Below, piece by piece: positions 1 to 48,322 of a stretch of DNA of 64,000 bases. The stretch is taken from the NCBI GenBank assembly GCA_012295275.1, contig CM022676.1, positions 3,472,001-3,536,000 of the forward strand, in the 5' to 3' direction. The DNA is from Chrysomallon squamiferum. Taxonomy: Eukaryota > Animalia > Mollusca. A model generated the notes under the pieces. The model was given only the letters and a program-made list of their open reading frames with translations. It was not told the DNA's origin and searched no databases. The translations under genes were made by a program, and so were the position numbers. How positions within the stretch are numbered: the stretch's first letter is position 1; each line of letters starts with the position of its first letter.

Positions 1-459
1 ATATATATATATATATATATATTATTTTTTTTCTTTATTTCTTTATAACTGAACGTAGTACTCATGGACATAGTGTTCACTACAGTTATATTTGAATCTC
101 CACCCATGTGGAGACTCCCCCACACCCAAAAGTCGCATAGGTTTGACCGTATGAATAGTATGGTAAGGAATATTTAGAAATTAATAATAATAATAATAAT
201 AATAATTGAATAATAATAATAATAATAATAATAATATTAATAATAATAATAATAATCATAATAATAATAATAATAATAGTATTAATAATATTAATAATCA
301 TAATAATAATCATAATACTAATCATAATAATAATCATAATAATAATAATAATAATAGTATTAATAATAATAGTAGTAATAGTAGTAGTAGTAGTAGTAGT
401 AGTAATAATAATAATAAAGTAGTAATAGGAGTTGTAGTAGTAATGATAATAATAATAAT

Positions 460-496
<37 letters not shown>

Positions 497-497
497 C

Positions 498-741
498 CAG
501 CCTGCTTCGCTCTTGAACCGAACACACGACACAACTATAATGAAACACATCGAAACGTAAAAAAATAATACCACTTTTGTAAATACATATTCAGATATGT
601 AGATATTGCTGATATACAGCGCGACAGAGTTAATACTTATTTAATTACACCACGTAACATATTGATTTACTTTTCTCTACCGTCACCTGTGTTTCTGTTA
701 ACAGCCTCGTAGCGCTGGCTTGCAGTCGGGGCCGACGCCAT
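498..741 (-). CDS. Possible first exon(s) of a gene running off the left edge (671-741; possibly 498-534)
   Basis: CpG-rich patch with aatATGGCG start, MASAPTASQRYEAVNRNTGDGRE, donor AA|gtaaat. A phase-compatible next exon after attatag reads CVVCSVQERSRL but has a weak donor. No family recognised. Confidence 0.3.
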
Positions 742-1009
742 ATTGTTTTTCACGGACCACACCCTATAGTACCCCACCCCACCCCTTGGGTGCGTCCTAG
801 ATGGCCTAACGGTAGCACCGGCCCTGATTACAGTTTTAAGAGGAATCTCGCGGTTTGCTTATGTTAGCGTTCAGAGATCGTTTGTAACAGTACGCTTCTC
901 TCGTAAAGACGAAATGTCATATTTGATAATCGGTGGAAGGTGGAACGGGAAATAACTGAAGGGATTAAGTAGGCAGCTATAGCATCTTGGGCAAAATGCT
1001 GGTTATGAG

Positions 1010-1086
<77 letters not shown>

Positions 1087-1321
1087 CAATGTAACTGTAA
1101 ATATTTTATGTATAAGAGAAGACGGATAGAGAGAAGGTGAGATACAGTAAGTAATAAGAGAAAGAAAGGGATAGAAATACAAGAAGGAATGATAGAGAAA
1201 AGACAGAAGAATAGATTGAAAGAAAAACAAAATAAAAGAGAAAGTGAGTGGGAGTGAAAAAAAATGAGAGATACGAGAGAGAGAAAGAGAGATAGAAAGA
1301 GAGAGAGAGGGGAGAGAGAGA

Positions 1322-1376
<55 letters not shown>

Positions 1377-3158
1377 ACGGATAAATGTTTTTGTAAGAAG
1401 TTAATAACGACGACTGATAACACCAACCACTGCAACAGCAGTTATAATAACGCAGACGACAACATCTGTCACATTAAAAACAGACAACTGGATTAGCGTG
1501 AGCTTTTTCACGTTATCAATGTCATTGTCGTTGCAGTCATTAACCACGTCGTTGTCAACAAAGCAACGTGACAATCAACGTCCACTGAATTACGTAATTC
1601 AGTCTGAAGAGACAGAAGTTACAGAAAAAAGAAAAGAAGACAAAGAAAGAAAGAAGAAGAAAAAAGAAGAAAAAAAGATTAATGATAAAATTTGTAGGTG
1701 AATGACTGATGCTAGACAGTTTTCTGTCTTTCTTTCTTTTTTTTTTTTTTTGAAGATGAAAAAGAACAAACAAAAAATAACAATGCACCGAAAGAAAGGA
1801 GAAAAAAAAAAAAAAAAAAAAAAAAACAAACAACAAAGACAGGATATCAAATGGAGAAACTAAGCATGGGAGAAAATAATGAACAAAAGAAACGAAAAGA
1901 ATGAAAAAAACAAAAAAATAACAAACAAGAAAGAACCAAAAAGACAGAAGCAAAAGATAAAATGACAAAATTAAAGAAGGCAGGAATAAGGAATAAAAAA
2001 GAAAGAAAGCAAAGAAGGAAAACAAAGAAAGAAAGAAGGAAGATAAGATAGATATCATGATAGAAAGAAAATTTTAAATTTAATAATAGAAAAAAAAAAA
2101 AAAAGAATCCCATAAGAAAAGAAACAAAGATAAAAAAAGGAAAGAAGAAGAAAATAAGAAAACGAACGAAAAAAGATACGGGAATAAAAAAAATAAATAA
2201 ATAAATAAAATAGAAAGAAAGAAATAAGAAAAAATGAAAAAAAAATGATAGAAACAAAACAAGAAAAAAAAAAAAAAGAAAAAGAAACAAAATAGGAAAA
2301 GAAAAATAAACGAATAAAAAGACAAACAAAACAAGACAAAGAAACCGACAGTTTGCCACAAAGAAGCGCAAAAAAGATACCTCGGAATAAAATTACAACC
2401 TCAGGAGGGCCCTGACAAAATTGATTTGTAAACAGGAAAATGACGTCATCGATGACGTACGTATTGACCGCTCGGTCGACACGATATTAATGAAAATAAC
2501 CCATTCACGGTGGCGAGTGAAAAAAAATCAATTTTTCGCCGCACGGCACCAAAACGCGTTTTACGTACAAGCATTCGAAGACAATCCGCAGCTAAATTCT
2601 ATCACTGTGTATCTTGACGAACGCCCACTCGGTTCCAGCTATCGTTCAGTGCTTGCTTATGCAGTTAATTTATTATTGTCATCATCCTGATTATTACGTC
2701 TTCGAGAGAATAAAACGAGATCTAATAAAAGGTCTGTCGATGCAGCACAACGAGTAGATCTATTTTCGTTGTCGAGTAAAAATACGTCGATGATGAGTTT
2801 GAAAAAGTTAAATCTATTTTTTTAATTTTTTTTTTTTTAATGTTTATTTATTTATTTTTATTTTTTGAAAACGTTATGTTGTCGCAAACGAGGTTATTAT
2901 TTTATTAAACAAACAAATAAATAAATCAATAAAAAAAAAAAAGAAAAGAAAAGAAAGGTGTGAAAAACGGATAAAAAGAAAAAAGAAAAGAAAAGGAATT
3001 GAAGCCTGGTCGTATTTACTACATTGTCAGCTGTCTGTCTTATTGTACGTGAGAATGTATGTATGTGTGTTTGTGTGTCTATCTGTATCTATATATATAT
3101 GTATCTTTATATGTATACAATAACCTATTTAGCAATGCATATTCTGTTTCTTAAACAG

Positions 3159-3369
3159 ATTTGATTTGACTCTGCATATAGACGATATTCGGGAACGCAC
3201 TGGCGCAGGAGGACAAAGTTCAGTCACGACCTCACAAACCCGTCAGATGCCGCTGACGAGACTCGAACGTATGACACCCATTCGCCCACACTCTGAAGAC
3301 GGACGATGTTACCTTTTGGCCATCAAGACAACCTTGAGAAAAAAAAGGTTGCTCAATAACCGAGGGTAA
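3159..3369 (+). CDS. Candidate coding exon, unknown product
   Basis: Good acceptor (ttcttaaacag), GC-richer than flanks, only one frame open throughout (FDLTLHIDDIRERTGAGG...LLNNRG*). No upstream exon established. Confidence 0.25.
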
Positions 3370-3757
3370 TCATCACTTTCCATGAAACACTCTGTTCTTT
3401 GACGGATGATGAATTCAAAAGAAAACCTTACAAACGTCAGACACCATTTCTCTGTGTGTTTGTATGTATATATGTTTGTGGATGTATTATGTATGTTTGC
3501 ATGTATGTGTATGCATTTATCTGTGTATTTTATGTACGTTTGTATGTATTTATGCATGTACGTATGTATGTCCTTGTGTTTCTATAAATGCATGCATTTA
3601 TTTATATTTGTATATATGAAACAACTATATGCCTATATAAGTGAATAATTGAGATATCTGAAAATTATTTATAAAACGTACTTAATTGTGTCTATGCATG
3701 CTCCCCTATATAAATAATTTAAGGAATATGAATAAGCAGAAATTAACAATATAAAAA

Positions 3758-3794
<37 letters not shown>

Positions 3795-3903
3795 AAAAAA
3801 AAAACAAAACAAACAACAAAAAAACAACAATGAAAAACAAACAACAACAATATAAAAAACAAAAAAAAAAAACAAACAAAAAACAACAACAAAAAAAAAA
3901 AAT

Positions 3904-3935
<32 letters not shown>

Positions 3936-4207
3936 TAGAAATAAAATAATAGTCAAATGAAAACAGAGACAAATAAAATGAAAAAAATACCGTTAAATAA
4001 ATATTCACAAATCAAGTTAAGCTGTTTCCTGACCTAGCTGTATTAATATTATTATTTTAATTTTATTCTAATAACTTTACACATTCTTTTAAACGTAATC
4101 TGTTGTGACGTAGTAACATAAACATGACGTAAAGATAATAGAAACGTCACCATCGGCTAAACTTTTCTTCAGCATCGTATGTTGTTTTGCTTCTTATTAC
4201 TACTACT

Positions 4208-4242
<35 letters not shown>

Positions 4243-4863
4243 TTACTACTAGTAGTTCAGATATTGTCGTTGTAGATTTTACTGTTATCATGATAATGAT
4301 TATCACTATTACTGTTATTGTTGTTGTTGTTTTTCTTCTTCTTCTTCTTTTTCTAGTAGATATATTATACTATATTATTATTTTATATTTATTTTCCCAG
4401 ACAAGAAACCCGCTTTAGGCATCCCAGACATCAGATATAAAAACAGTTTCAGAAAAGTAAGTCAACAGACACACCCGCTTGCAATAAAACACATGCACAT
4501 AATATTATGCAATAAAATTAAAATAAAATAAAATACAAAAAGATAGAGAAGTAACATCTTTTATTTTTTAATTCACAGACAACATAATACAGAATATTCA
4601 TGTTATTTTCTATATGAGCAGTTTGAAAAAGTAATTTATTCAATGACGGATATCGTCCTCAAACAGTTGAATACGAGATACACCAAATAACACGTGTCAA
4701 TAACTGTTTTACAAAAGGACGTTAAGAAATGACCAGTCACATTCACGGTACTTAATATAAAGTCCACAAGCGACTATGTTATTAAAGATATACTATGTGG
4801 CCAATCAAACGAGACTCAGCTTAAACGTTGACCAATGAGCGAGAGTTTTATTAACCTCATCGC

Positions 4864-16652
<11,789 letters not shown>

Positions 16653-16671
16653 GATTTTTGAAGTGAACGCG

Positions 16672-16705
16672 AGTGAGAGGTTATTGAAAGATGCTCCGAT
16701 TTATA
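16672..16705 (-). promoter_or_regulatory. TATA box and Inr-like start for gene 1
   Basis: Minus strand TATAAA at 16700-16705, TCACTC about 25-30 nt downstream (16672-16677), ATG at 16652. Confidence 0.55.
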
Positions 16706-17000
16706 CTTTTTAATATTTCAATTGCACCACACCTACATAGAGACGTTTGTTTGATCTTGCGAAAGGGTAAGTGTCAAAGGTGTTTTATGAAAGAGAAAGA
16801 AACTGAAGATAAAGGTGTTTTTCTTTCGTCAATATTTTTTAAACTGGCGAAATAAAATAAATATTTGATAGATTTTAATAAAATACTCATTATTTCATTA
16901 TACAGAAGAAGAAGAAGAAAAAGAATAATAATAAGGAAACTAGATAGAATACACAGAAATAAAGAGATCTAAAAAAGAAAAAGGAGAAACACACAAGGAA

Positions 17001-17104
<104 letters not shown>

Positions 17105-18350
17105 CATATTTATCAAAAATAGAAAAAAAAAAACAACAACAAACCCGCCCACTAAACACGAAAGAACAAGTAAAACAAACAGCTCTACATCAAGACAATG
17201 ATACACACAACATAAACAAACACATTGTTGACAGTTTTTTTAATAAATTATTTAATTCTTTAGCTCAAAATACCGGAGACTAAACTAACAAACATTGTCA
17301 TTTGTCTCCTAACGTGTTTCAACAGTAACTTACTCATGCATTTAATTAATTTTAATAAAAAATTTCTGAATTTTTCACTCGTCCCCTTACTGTCTTTGAA
17401 AATGCGCAACACTTTTTTATCTACACAGACCAAGTATCGCACGTGCAGGTCTCGCGGTACTAACGTCTGCTGACCACGCCCTTAAATATTTACACTCGTT
17501 TCTTTTAACAATCGTAATAATAAAGAATAAATCCATTTCTTTACACAGTAAGTTTTCTAACCAATACTCGAGCTTTTACGAAAAAAGCCGATCCTTGTTC
17601 CGCCGCGTTCCGATCTTGTGATAAAGTAAACAGTCGAGCTGGAGCTGTGATTCGGACAAAGGGAGATATCTGGTGACAGGACGGTGGTAATATTTGTCAC
17701 CTCAGTGTTAATACATGAATAGCACGTTTTTAAGTGTGATCTTCACAGTTTTTATATTAATATAATAAAGATGTATTTTTATATTAGATATTATTGTAAT
17801 AAAACAATGTCAAATTTCTATATACTTGTAAATGATCATGCGATGAATTTGAAAAGGATATTAAATGTGATTATGTTAAAATGGTTCAGTACTTTTTACT
17901 TTTGTTGTTTTATTTTTACTTTAATAAGATGTTCGAATATCTAATTATATTTTTTCATTTCTTCTTGATCTTGTTCTTCTTTACTGTCGCCATCATCATG
18001 ATCGTTGTCATCATCATCATCATTGGTATAATCATCATCACATTCGTCTTCATCATCAGCATCATAATTTCATCAAAATCACATAAAAAATAAAAATAAA
18101 TAATAGTAATAATAATAATATAATGATGAAATACAAAAATTAGGTCATAATGACGACAAAGGTGATGATGATATTGTTTAGTGGTAAATGTCATACTGGT
18201 GGTCGTAGTAGTAACAGTAGTTTTACTGTTATTATTATATAGCTGTAACTTTTTGTTGTTGCTGTTGTACTACGACAGTTGTTGATGCTGTTGTTGTTGT
18301 TAATAGTATTAATTTGTTGCTACTGTTACTGCTACTAGTGTTGTTGTTGA

Positions 18351-18393
<43 letters not shown>

Positions 18394-18939
18394 TTTTTTT
18401 CCGCTGTTGTTGTTGTTGTTGTTGTTGCTGTCGTCGTTGTCTTGATGATCCTGCTGTGGTTCGTTGTTTGTCAATTACTTTGCTATAATTTTAAATTTAT
18501 CAATTCCGTTTACTGAATCACATTTGTAAACTTTAGAGAGTATACTCAAGTACATATTAAATTTTATACTCAAGAATCCTTCAATCTTCATAAGAAAAAA
18601 TAAATCGTTTTATCTTAAGTACTTTATACATTAAGCTCAACTGCCTCTTATAAAAGTATATTTTCTCTGACGTCTTTTCAAACCCAAACCGGTTTTGGTT
18701 ATTGTGAACGGCGTGTTCTAAACATAGAACGTATATCACGTTACAATGACACTTCTCAAAATGTCGACTGTGAAACTTAATTTAGGGATTATGCTTTGGA
18801 GCAGCTTAAATAGCTTTTGAAAGAAAATTGTTATAGCAGTGAGGTGAAGGAAAGTCATGGTGAACACGAGTGTAGAGAGACAGTGTAGACGGAGCCTCGA
18901 TTTCAGAAAGAGAGTTAACCCCCCCAAAAATAAAACCAA

Positions 18940-18972
<33 letters not shown>

Positions 18973-19073
18973 GTAGTAGTAGTAAAATTCAAAAATGAAA
19001 GTTTGTTTATAAGGAAACAACAATGGGAAAATAAATGAATAAATAAATAATAATAACAATAACAAAAGCAAAA

Positions 19074-19116
<43 letters not shown>

Positions 19117-19122
19117 CAATAA

Positions 19123-19162
<40 letters not shown>

Positions 19163-19790
19163 AAAAAAAAAAAAATATCAGGCAAACAAATTTAGAAAAA
19201 AAAATAAAAGAAATTATAATAAGTAAAATTAAAATAAATAACCCCAAATAAACAAAACGATACAAAAGAAAAAAAAAAACACAGGCAGGAGGCTCATGAA
19301 CAATACGACACGCAACACACACCCGCAACGAGTCAGAATCCAGTTTAAATATCCACACAAACAGCAGCAGCAGACCTGACTACGTCTGCACTCAAAGCTC
19401 AACACACTGTAACACGATACAAGACTTTCACAACGAAACGCTGAAGTTTCATATAAAGAAAATAAATCTCAGTTTTTCTCTCTCACATAAAAGGATGACG
19501 ACGTCCGTTGTGATTGTTCATTGAACCGTGAAGCCAACAAAGACGTCAAAAAAAAAAAAAAAAAAAAAAAAGAAGATAATAATAAAATTAAAAAGAGAAT
19601 AAAAAGCGATGTATAGCTTTTGAAGAAGTACATAAGCTTGGCTGGAAAGAATGTGTTATCTGAAACGAAAGAACGTATCGCGTTAAAACTTTTTATTATT
19701 ATTATTATTATTATTATATGTCTTTTTCTGTCTCTGAATAGAATAACGTTAGCGTCCATACAAGTAGGTTGTTGTAAATAAAAGTTCAGG

Positions 19791-26821
<7,031 letters not shown>

Positions 26822-29258
26822 AACTACAGACGTGTTTGTTTAAATCAAGAAATATGTTTAAACTACAGACATATGTTGAAATCAAGGAATATGTTGAATC
26901 AAGAGACATGTTTGTTGAAATCAGTGATAAGTTTTGAAACTATAGACATATTTGTTGAAATCGCTGAAAAGTGTTGAAGCTACAGACATCTTTCCTTAAA
27001 TTGACGGACAAATGCTGAATCTGAAGACATTTGTTGAATTAAATGATGTTTTGAAAATACAGACAGCTTTGTTGAAATTAAAGGCAGATTTTGCAATGTC
27101 AAAGAGACTGTTTTTCTGAAAATCTAGACAATTATGTCGATACTAAAATCAAGCATTGAAACAACCGACTTTTCACTTTCTTAAGAACTCTTGTTGAAAT
27201 AACAGACATCTTTTTCAAATTTATGATAATGTTGAAACAAGAAACAGTTTTGTGTTACTGAAAATACAAAGAGCCATATTTTAACTAAATATTAAAACAA
27301 TACAAACAATTTTTAAAAGATAAAAAATATCTGTTTAATATACCAAACATGTATAAAAATGAAATATTATTACAAAATGCTCTGCAAAAGCAAAACAATT
27401 TTCACAATCACGTATATTCAAGTGAAAAACAAATATTTAAATTTAAACTGCCTAAATTTGTTTTTTTAACGTTAAAACAATAAAATTGTAAAGTATAATA
27501 TTATTATAAAATATATAACAATAAACAACTTTCATAATGAGAAACTAAATAGAAAAACAACAAAAAAGTATTATTTGTTTAAATTGCCTAGAATTAAAAT
27601 TAAAATAATAAAACAAAGGTAAAAAAAATGGAATAAAGTTATAAAAGAAAATTTCTTACAAACAATTTATCTACCTCAGAAAATATTCAAGTGAAAAACA
27701 AATATTTAAACATATGTTTCATAAAATTAATGTGTTCAACAATTAAATACAGGGATATGTAAAAAAACAGATAAGAAAACATTGTCATTTTCTTAAACTC
27801 ATTTTAAATTATGTACATAATTAAGATTTGTCTCACCTTCAGAGAACAAATATTAATTAATTAATTTTATTTTATTTATCTTAACAACAACAAAAAGTTA
27901 TCCTTGAATTATTTTTCTGCAATATCGTCAAACATTCTTTCATTCAAATAAGAAGTTAAATTTAATATCATGTAAGTAGTTTATGTAATTAAAGCCTGCG
28001 TATATCAAAATTGTAAATACAATCAAAAATACAAAACGTTTTTTTCGAATCAATAATAATCATAATCATAATCATAATCATAATCATAAAATAAGAATAC
28101 TAATAATAACGTTGATTATGAAGATGAAGGTGGTAATGACAATAATTATACTAATAAAAAATCTATTTTATATTTGTAAATATTTATAATTAAATAATAA
28201 TATAAAACTAAAATTTTTGCTTTACTAAACAATTTTCAGCCTAAAACGTTAATCATGAATGAATGCATATAAGCGATTTAATTTTCTTTTTTATTGCATT
28301 AAATCTTTATTAGGATATAATTCTGAAAGTATGGGTACATTATAATCTACAACATTATAATTCTTATATTATTTTAATTAATTTTTGGAATTAAATTGCA
28401 ACACATTAAAAGTTTTAAAAATCTGTCTTCAGATGTGGAATTTAACTACTTTATATATTACTGACTCAAAACATTTCTCATATTTCTTTTCATTTGAAAA
28501 ATACTACTTGTATTCACTTACTATATATAAAAGTAATTTCGTTATAAAACTATGTCTTCTAAACTAACATTTTTATACAATAATTTCCAAAATGGTGATA
28601 CACGGGGACTTGTTAGGATGATGTTACAAAGAATCATATTTCACATCTACTCTAGTTTAACCAGTATTTGACTTAACATGTTTCTTTTTAATATAGTACG
28701 TCTTCTAAAACTAAGATTATTCTACGGATATTTCTAAGTATATTTCCATACGTTATTACGTAAAAAACAAAACAAACAAACAAACAAAACAATTTACTCT
28801 GATTAACACCATTTGTGCTGCAGACATTCTAAAATTAAATTAAATTTAATTAAATTTATTTGGTTTTCTGGTTGAATGACTGCCATTTTAGTTTAAACTG
28901 CTATTTTGTTTACGTATAAACATCAGTATTAAATTTTGTGTACTTTCGTGTTGTTATTGTTTTGCTAATAATAAATTATAACCATAAAATAACAAGCTCG
29001 CATGGAGGAGTTCTCATTTCTTAAAAGTGACGTAATTTATACGTTAGCGATGACGTCACGACTAATAATACGTATTGTCTACATTTGTATCCTGTTCTAA
29101 ACGACGATTTTATAGAACTGGGTTCGTTAACTAAAACTAATTAAAATAAGAATAATCAAAATACGAATTGACGTAATTAGAAACAAAATATGACGTAATA
29201 ATGAAAAAAAAAAACAGTATTTAGTTTGCAGATAATGATGACGACGTTTTCCGGGTTT

Positions 29259-43238
<13,980 letters not shown>

Positions 43239-43644
43239 GGCGTAAAGGTGAGGAAAAAGAGACGTTGAACAATTTAAACAACGAATCCGTACGAAAACTG
43301 TGTCCAATCTCCCACTTCACAAACTCGAAAACTGCAGAAAGGTGTAAAAACAAATAAACGTATATCCTTGCCTCTTTGTCACTTTGCACCTACCACCTAC
43401 ACACTGTTGTTGTCACTGACACATAAAAACCAGTCTACGAGATTATCAAGTTGAAAACTGGAAGAACAAACGTCGTACGTATCTCTCGCTTCGACTCCCA
43501 CCCACAGTCACTGAAGCATGAAGGCCACGAAAACCCTCCCCCCGGATTTTTTTATTTTTATACCTATTGTAAATATCAGTGTAAGTGGTTTGAATTCACC
43601 GACCCGTGCACACACCACACATCGTTTCGTTCGTTTTGTTGCCG

Positions 43645-43688
<44 letters not shown>

Positions 43689-44221
43689 TATTATCGTCAC
43701 CGGGTAAAAAAAAAAAAAAAAAAAAAAAAAACACTTCGTAAAATAAATATTTGAGATAAGACTGAGGAAAACTGTCACTAGGATTGTTAAATGTTGTTTA
43801 GCTGCTGTAACAGTTCAAAAGGCCGCCGGCGCGACGTGGCTGTGCACTGTCCGTTCCACTCCAGTGGTTTTGTAATTTATAACTAACATGTACTAGACAG
43901 AGTCTTTCAGTTTGTTTCGTGGTAAGGGTGAAAAAAGGGCATACTCAGTCTGTTAGGGATTTTCTTACTCAGTGTGTATAAAGTTTTTAAAGTTAACATT
44001 TTTGTTTTCTTGTTCTTATTGTTTTCATCATCATCATCATCACTATCATCATCAACATCATCTTTCTTCTTCTTCTTTTTCTTCTTTTTGAACATATTCT
44101 ACTTTTTTCTTCTTATTTTTCACCATCATCTTCAACTTCTTGTTATCTTTTTCGTCTTCATTTTCTTTCTCTTTTTCTTCTTCTTCTTCATTTTTTAAAT
44201 CTATTGTTATCACAGGACGCG

Positions 44222-44440
44222 AAGGAAATATTTCATTTATTTACGCACACCACACATTTTATTTACTGCCGTATAGTGTCAGACATACAGCTAATAACTA
44301 TGACAGAGAAAACTCGCTGTCAGCACTTCACGGGTTACTCTTTTTTACTAATTAGCAGCAAGAGATCCTTTATATGCACCATTCCACAGACAGTGTAATA
44401 CAGAAGCTATTGGTGGAGTACTGGATAGAACGGGAAATAG
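44222..44440 (-). mobile_element. Degenerate SINE (Meta/MESC-core-like), 5' truncated
   Basis: Contains attagcagcaagagatcctttatatgcaccattccacagacag, the reverse complement of a core I recall from mollusc Meta-type SINEs. This is recall, not a database hit. Confidence 0.6.
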
Positions 44441-44674
44441 GTCAGTTATAGAATTAAACAAATCATTATGGGTAAAACCGGGTTGGCCTCTTGTTAACTG
44501 CTTAGTCAGAAATAGCAGAAGATAAACATCCTTACCGATTTTATTTTTATATTTTACCCCCCCTCCAAAAAAACAAAAAACAAACAAAAAACAACTCAGG
44601 TATCTACAATAAGCAGGTTTCATATCGTTTTCCTTAATATATATGTCTTTTTCTATCTATCAATCTATAAACCA

Positions 44675-44781
<107 letters not shown>

Positions 44782-45219
44782 CACACATACACACAAACAC
44801 ACATACAAACACATGTATACAGATATCTCTCTCTCTCTTTGTATAAAGAAAGATAGAGAGTTCGAAATAGATAGTTGATATTTGGACAGAGGGGAAACAG
44901 AGAGAGAGAGAGAGAGAATGAGAGAGAGAGAGTGAAAGAGAGAAAGAGAGAGAGAGAGAGAGAGTATGTGCGTGTTTCGTACTTGTATAAGTTGTTAAAC
45001 ATACAGATACACTAACTGACAAACTGTCGGACGGAGAAACACACTATTAACTATTAACTCGCTAAATCAACAATTCACAGACCTCTGTACTTTACATAAT
45101 CTTCTTGCTTTGAGAAATTTCTTATTCGCTGCAGATTTTTTTGAAGCAGAAGACTGTAGCTGTCTTTTGTTAATCTTAAAATGCCATAGTTTTACTGGCA
45201 AAGCTTGGTAAATTTTAAC

Positions 45220-45766
45220 AAAAGTACGGTTGGCCAAGTTGGACATAATAGATATTTAGAAGTGATTTCTTCTGGTCGACTATTCTGCGTTTTGTAAATT
45301 TAGTGGAACTATGGAGGGCTAAACTGGCTATTTATTGTTCAGCATTCAATTTTTTGGACGATCATTCAGTTCTTTATTGTAAAATTGAAAAGGGATATAT
45401 ATGGTTGGCCGTTAGGATCATAATTTTTGTTACAACCCATGTAATGTGTGTTTCGTGCAGTGTATGCGCTCATTCGTAATTTGACCTCTAAATTTAGAAT
45501 TTGAATACCAAATTGATGAACAGAGATTTTTTTTATTTATTATCTCTTTGTTGAATACATTACATTTTATTACAGTGAAAATGCATTAAAGTTTATTCAT
45601 AGTGCAACTAAGTACGTAATATACCTATAGTTTCTCGTTTAGTATTTTTCTACATTTTTCTGCAAGACCAGCAAGAAATTAAATAAACATTTTGAAAAAA
45701 AAAAAAAAAAAAAAAAAAAATATTGTAATATTATACGTATTCGATTACTTTAACTCCCTCTTCTTA

Positions 45767-45805
<39 letters not shown>

Positions 45806-47308
45806 CATAATAAAAAAAAAATATTCTGACATAGACAGAATTTAAGTATTCATAATATTTACACGTGGTATGTAAAACACCTCACTTGTCGAATATTACA
45901 ACAAAGGTTAAAAACATACATGTATATTAACCTTCATTACTGTAAAAGTCCACTAATTTTTATTATAGCTAATTTACCAATATCCACATCGGGTCTTTTC
46001 ATCAGAGTGGTCAGTTTAGTTAGTCTCATGGACTAACAGTCATTTTAACAAGTAAACATGACTGACCAAACCACACGGTGATTTTTCAAAACGACGACCT
46101 AAATTTTACTGTAAGCGTTATTAGATGATCATCATCAAACACCTTTTATGTCGGATGCTGCGTCATTCTTGATTACGTCACACCTTTAGTAGACGTCACT
46201 GTTAACAAAACGTCTGAACGATCTTTTAATGTAACGAACGATATCACAGGCTAACGACATTTATAAAGAGATCTTCGACATCGTGAAATTTTTGTCAGCG
46301 ACATGTTGACGACATCGTTGTGTACGTCTCGACAGCTGCTGTAACATCGCCGATGGGGTCAGCAAGTGGACTAAAACTACGGTTCCTCATTTGGATCATA
46401 ATTTACCATTTTTCATATTTCAGTATCGGTATAACGTGAATAAAACTATGGCTACCCATTCGGGTCATAATTTATGTATCATCATCATTACCTTATCCAT
46501 CCTACACATGTTGAACAGGTCAAACTTCAGGATTTAAACCTGGATTACCGATCTACTCTCAGTGGTAAATTTGCATTAAAATTATGGTTGCCCGTTCGGG
46601 TCATAAGTCAGGATTTTAATATGCGGTTTATACAATGGCCTTTTAGGGAAACTGAACAGAACTGTAACTGGCTGTTCGTTTTACTGGTTTCCCTTCAGTA
46701 AGTTAAATTCAAGTATAACAGTTGTGTTTTAAATGTAAATTTTATTGGTGAAATAAAAACTATGGTCAACCATTCGGGTTAAATTGCACGATTAGACACT
46801 ATATTTCCCAGTCCATTTTCTCGAATATTATCGGTAGTGTTCGATAAAAATTACGGTAAGCCGTTCGAGTCATAATCTTCCTCCCTTAATAATATCCTAT
46901 TTTTCGAAATATGGAATTTTTTTGATTTCTGAAAATTTGTGTATAAAACTGGGATGAGAAAACACTAAAACATTTCTTGTATAAACATTTGTGTGTGCGC
47001 GTGGGCGCGTGCGTGTGTGTGTATCTATTTGTGTGTATGCGTGACTGTCACATTATCTACATACCTACCTGTCTCTCTGTTTTATACATATATCTATCTA
47101 TCTATCTATATATACATACATATCTATATATATATATATATATATATATGATAAATATATACATTTCTAAAATTAATTTTTATCATTAATAAAACAACGT
47201 CTGTATCAGAATTAACACCCAGTTTATATCAAGCACGTCCTGATTCCGAAATTCAGTTTTAAAAGAAAGAAAACTTTAACACAATTATGATCCGAAAGGC
47301 CAACCATA
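45220..47308. repeat. Dispersed ~30-bp quasi-palindromic motif (AAAACTATGGYTRNCCRTTCGGRTCATAATT), about 8 copies
   Basis: Direct copies near 45220, 45398, 46374, 46442, 46578, 46756 and 46846, plus an inverted copy at 47283-47308. Confidence 0.75.
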
Positions 47309-47783
47309 GGTAAAGTAAAATGTTCGTGAAATCGTCTCGTTAAATGGCTTAACACGATCAATCGTTTCTCGGTTGTCGTGTTTGTACATGAAAGTTTGAT
47401 TGGGCTGAATGTGTCTGCATAACATTTGCGGATTAGGAATTTTGTGTTCTTAGGAAATGACGATATTTATACTGTTACTCATGTAGTAACATTTATAGAC
47501 ACAAGTACATACATACATATACACACACACACAAACAGAAAGAGAAAGCTATAGGAATGTGAAGTGCGAGATAGAGAGGCAAAGATACGTAGACAGCATA
47601 TATATCTATACCTATCTGTCTGTCTGTCTATCTGTCTGTCTTTCTATCTATATATTCATCTATATATCTGTATATCTATATCTGTATGAAACAGATAGAT
47701 AGGTAATAAACAAAACAAATACAAACACACACACACACACTTAGACATACACAGACAAAAACACAAAATATATACGCATGTAC

Positions 47784-47845
<62 letters not shown>

Positions 47846-47996
47846 GATATTAGTATTGGGCACATATGAAGTATTATTTGCATTTGAAATGATGAATATT
47901 TAAACACTGGAGTTGCAGTATTCGCACGTGCACTGGAAGTACTCTGCAATATTACAAACTACTGATATATAGTGGAGTTGTTATTAGTTTACCAGT

Positions 47997-48165
<169 letters not shown>

Positions 48166-48195
48166 AGAGAGAGGGAGGAGAGAGAGAGAGGGAGA

Positions 48196-48269
<74 letters not shown>

Positions 48270-48290
48270 AGATAAGAAATACAAAAAAAA

Positions 48291-48322
<32 letters not shown>

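Noticed and set aside
46374-46880. CRISPR array interpretation of the repeat-spacer pattern
   Set aside because: Repeats are too divergent, spacers vary several-fold and resemble each other, there are no cas genes, and the context is an intron-containing animal genome.
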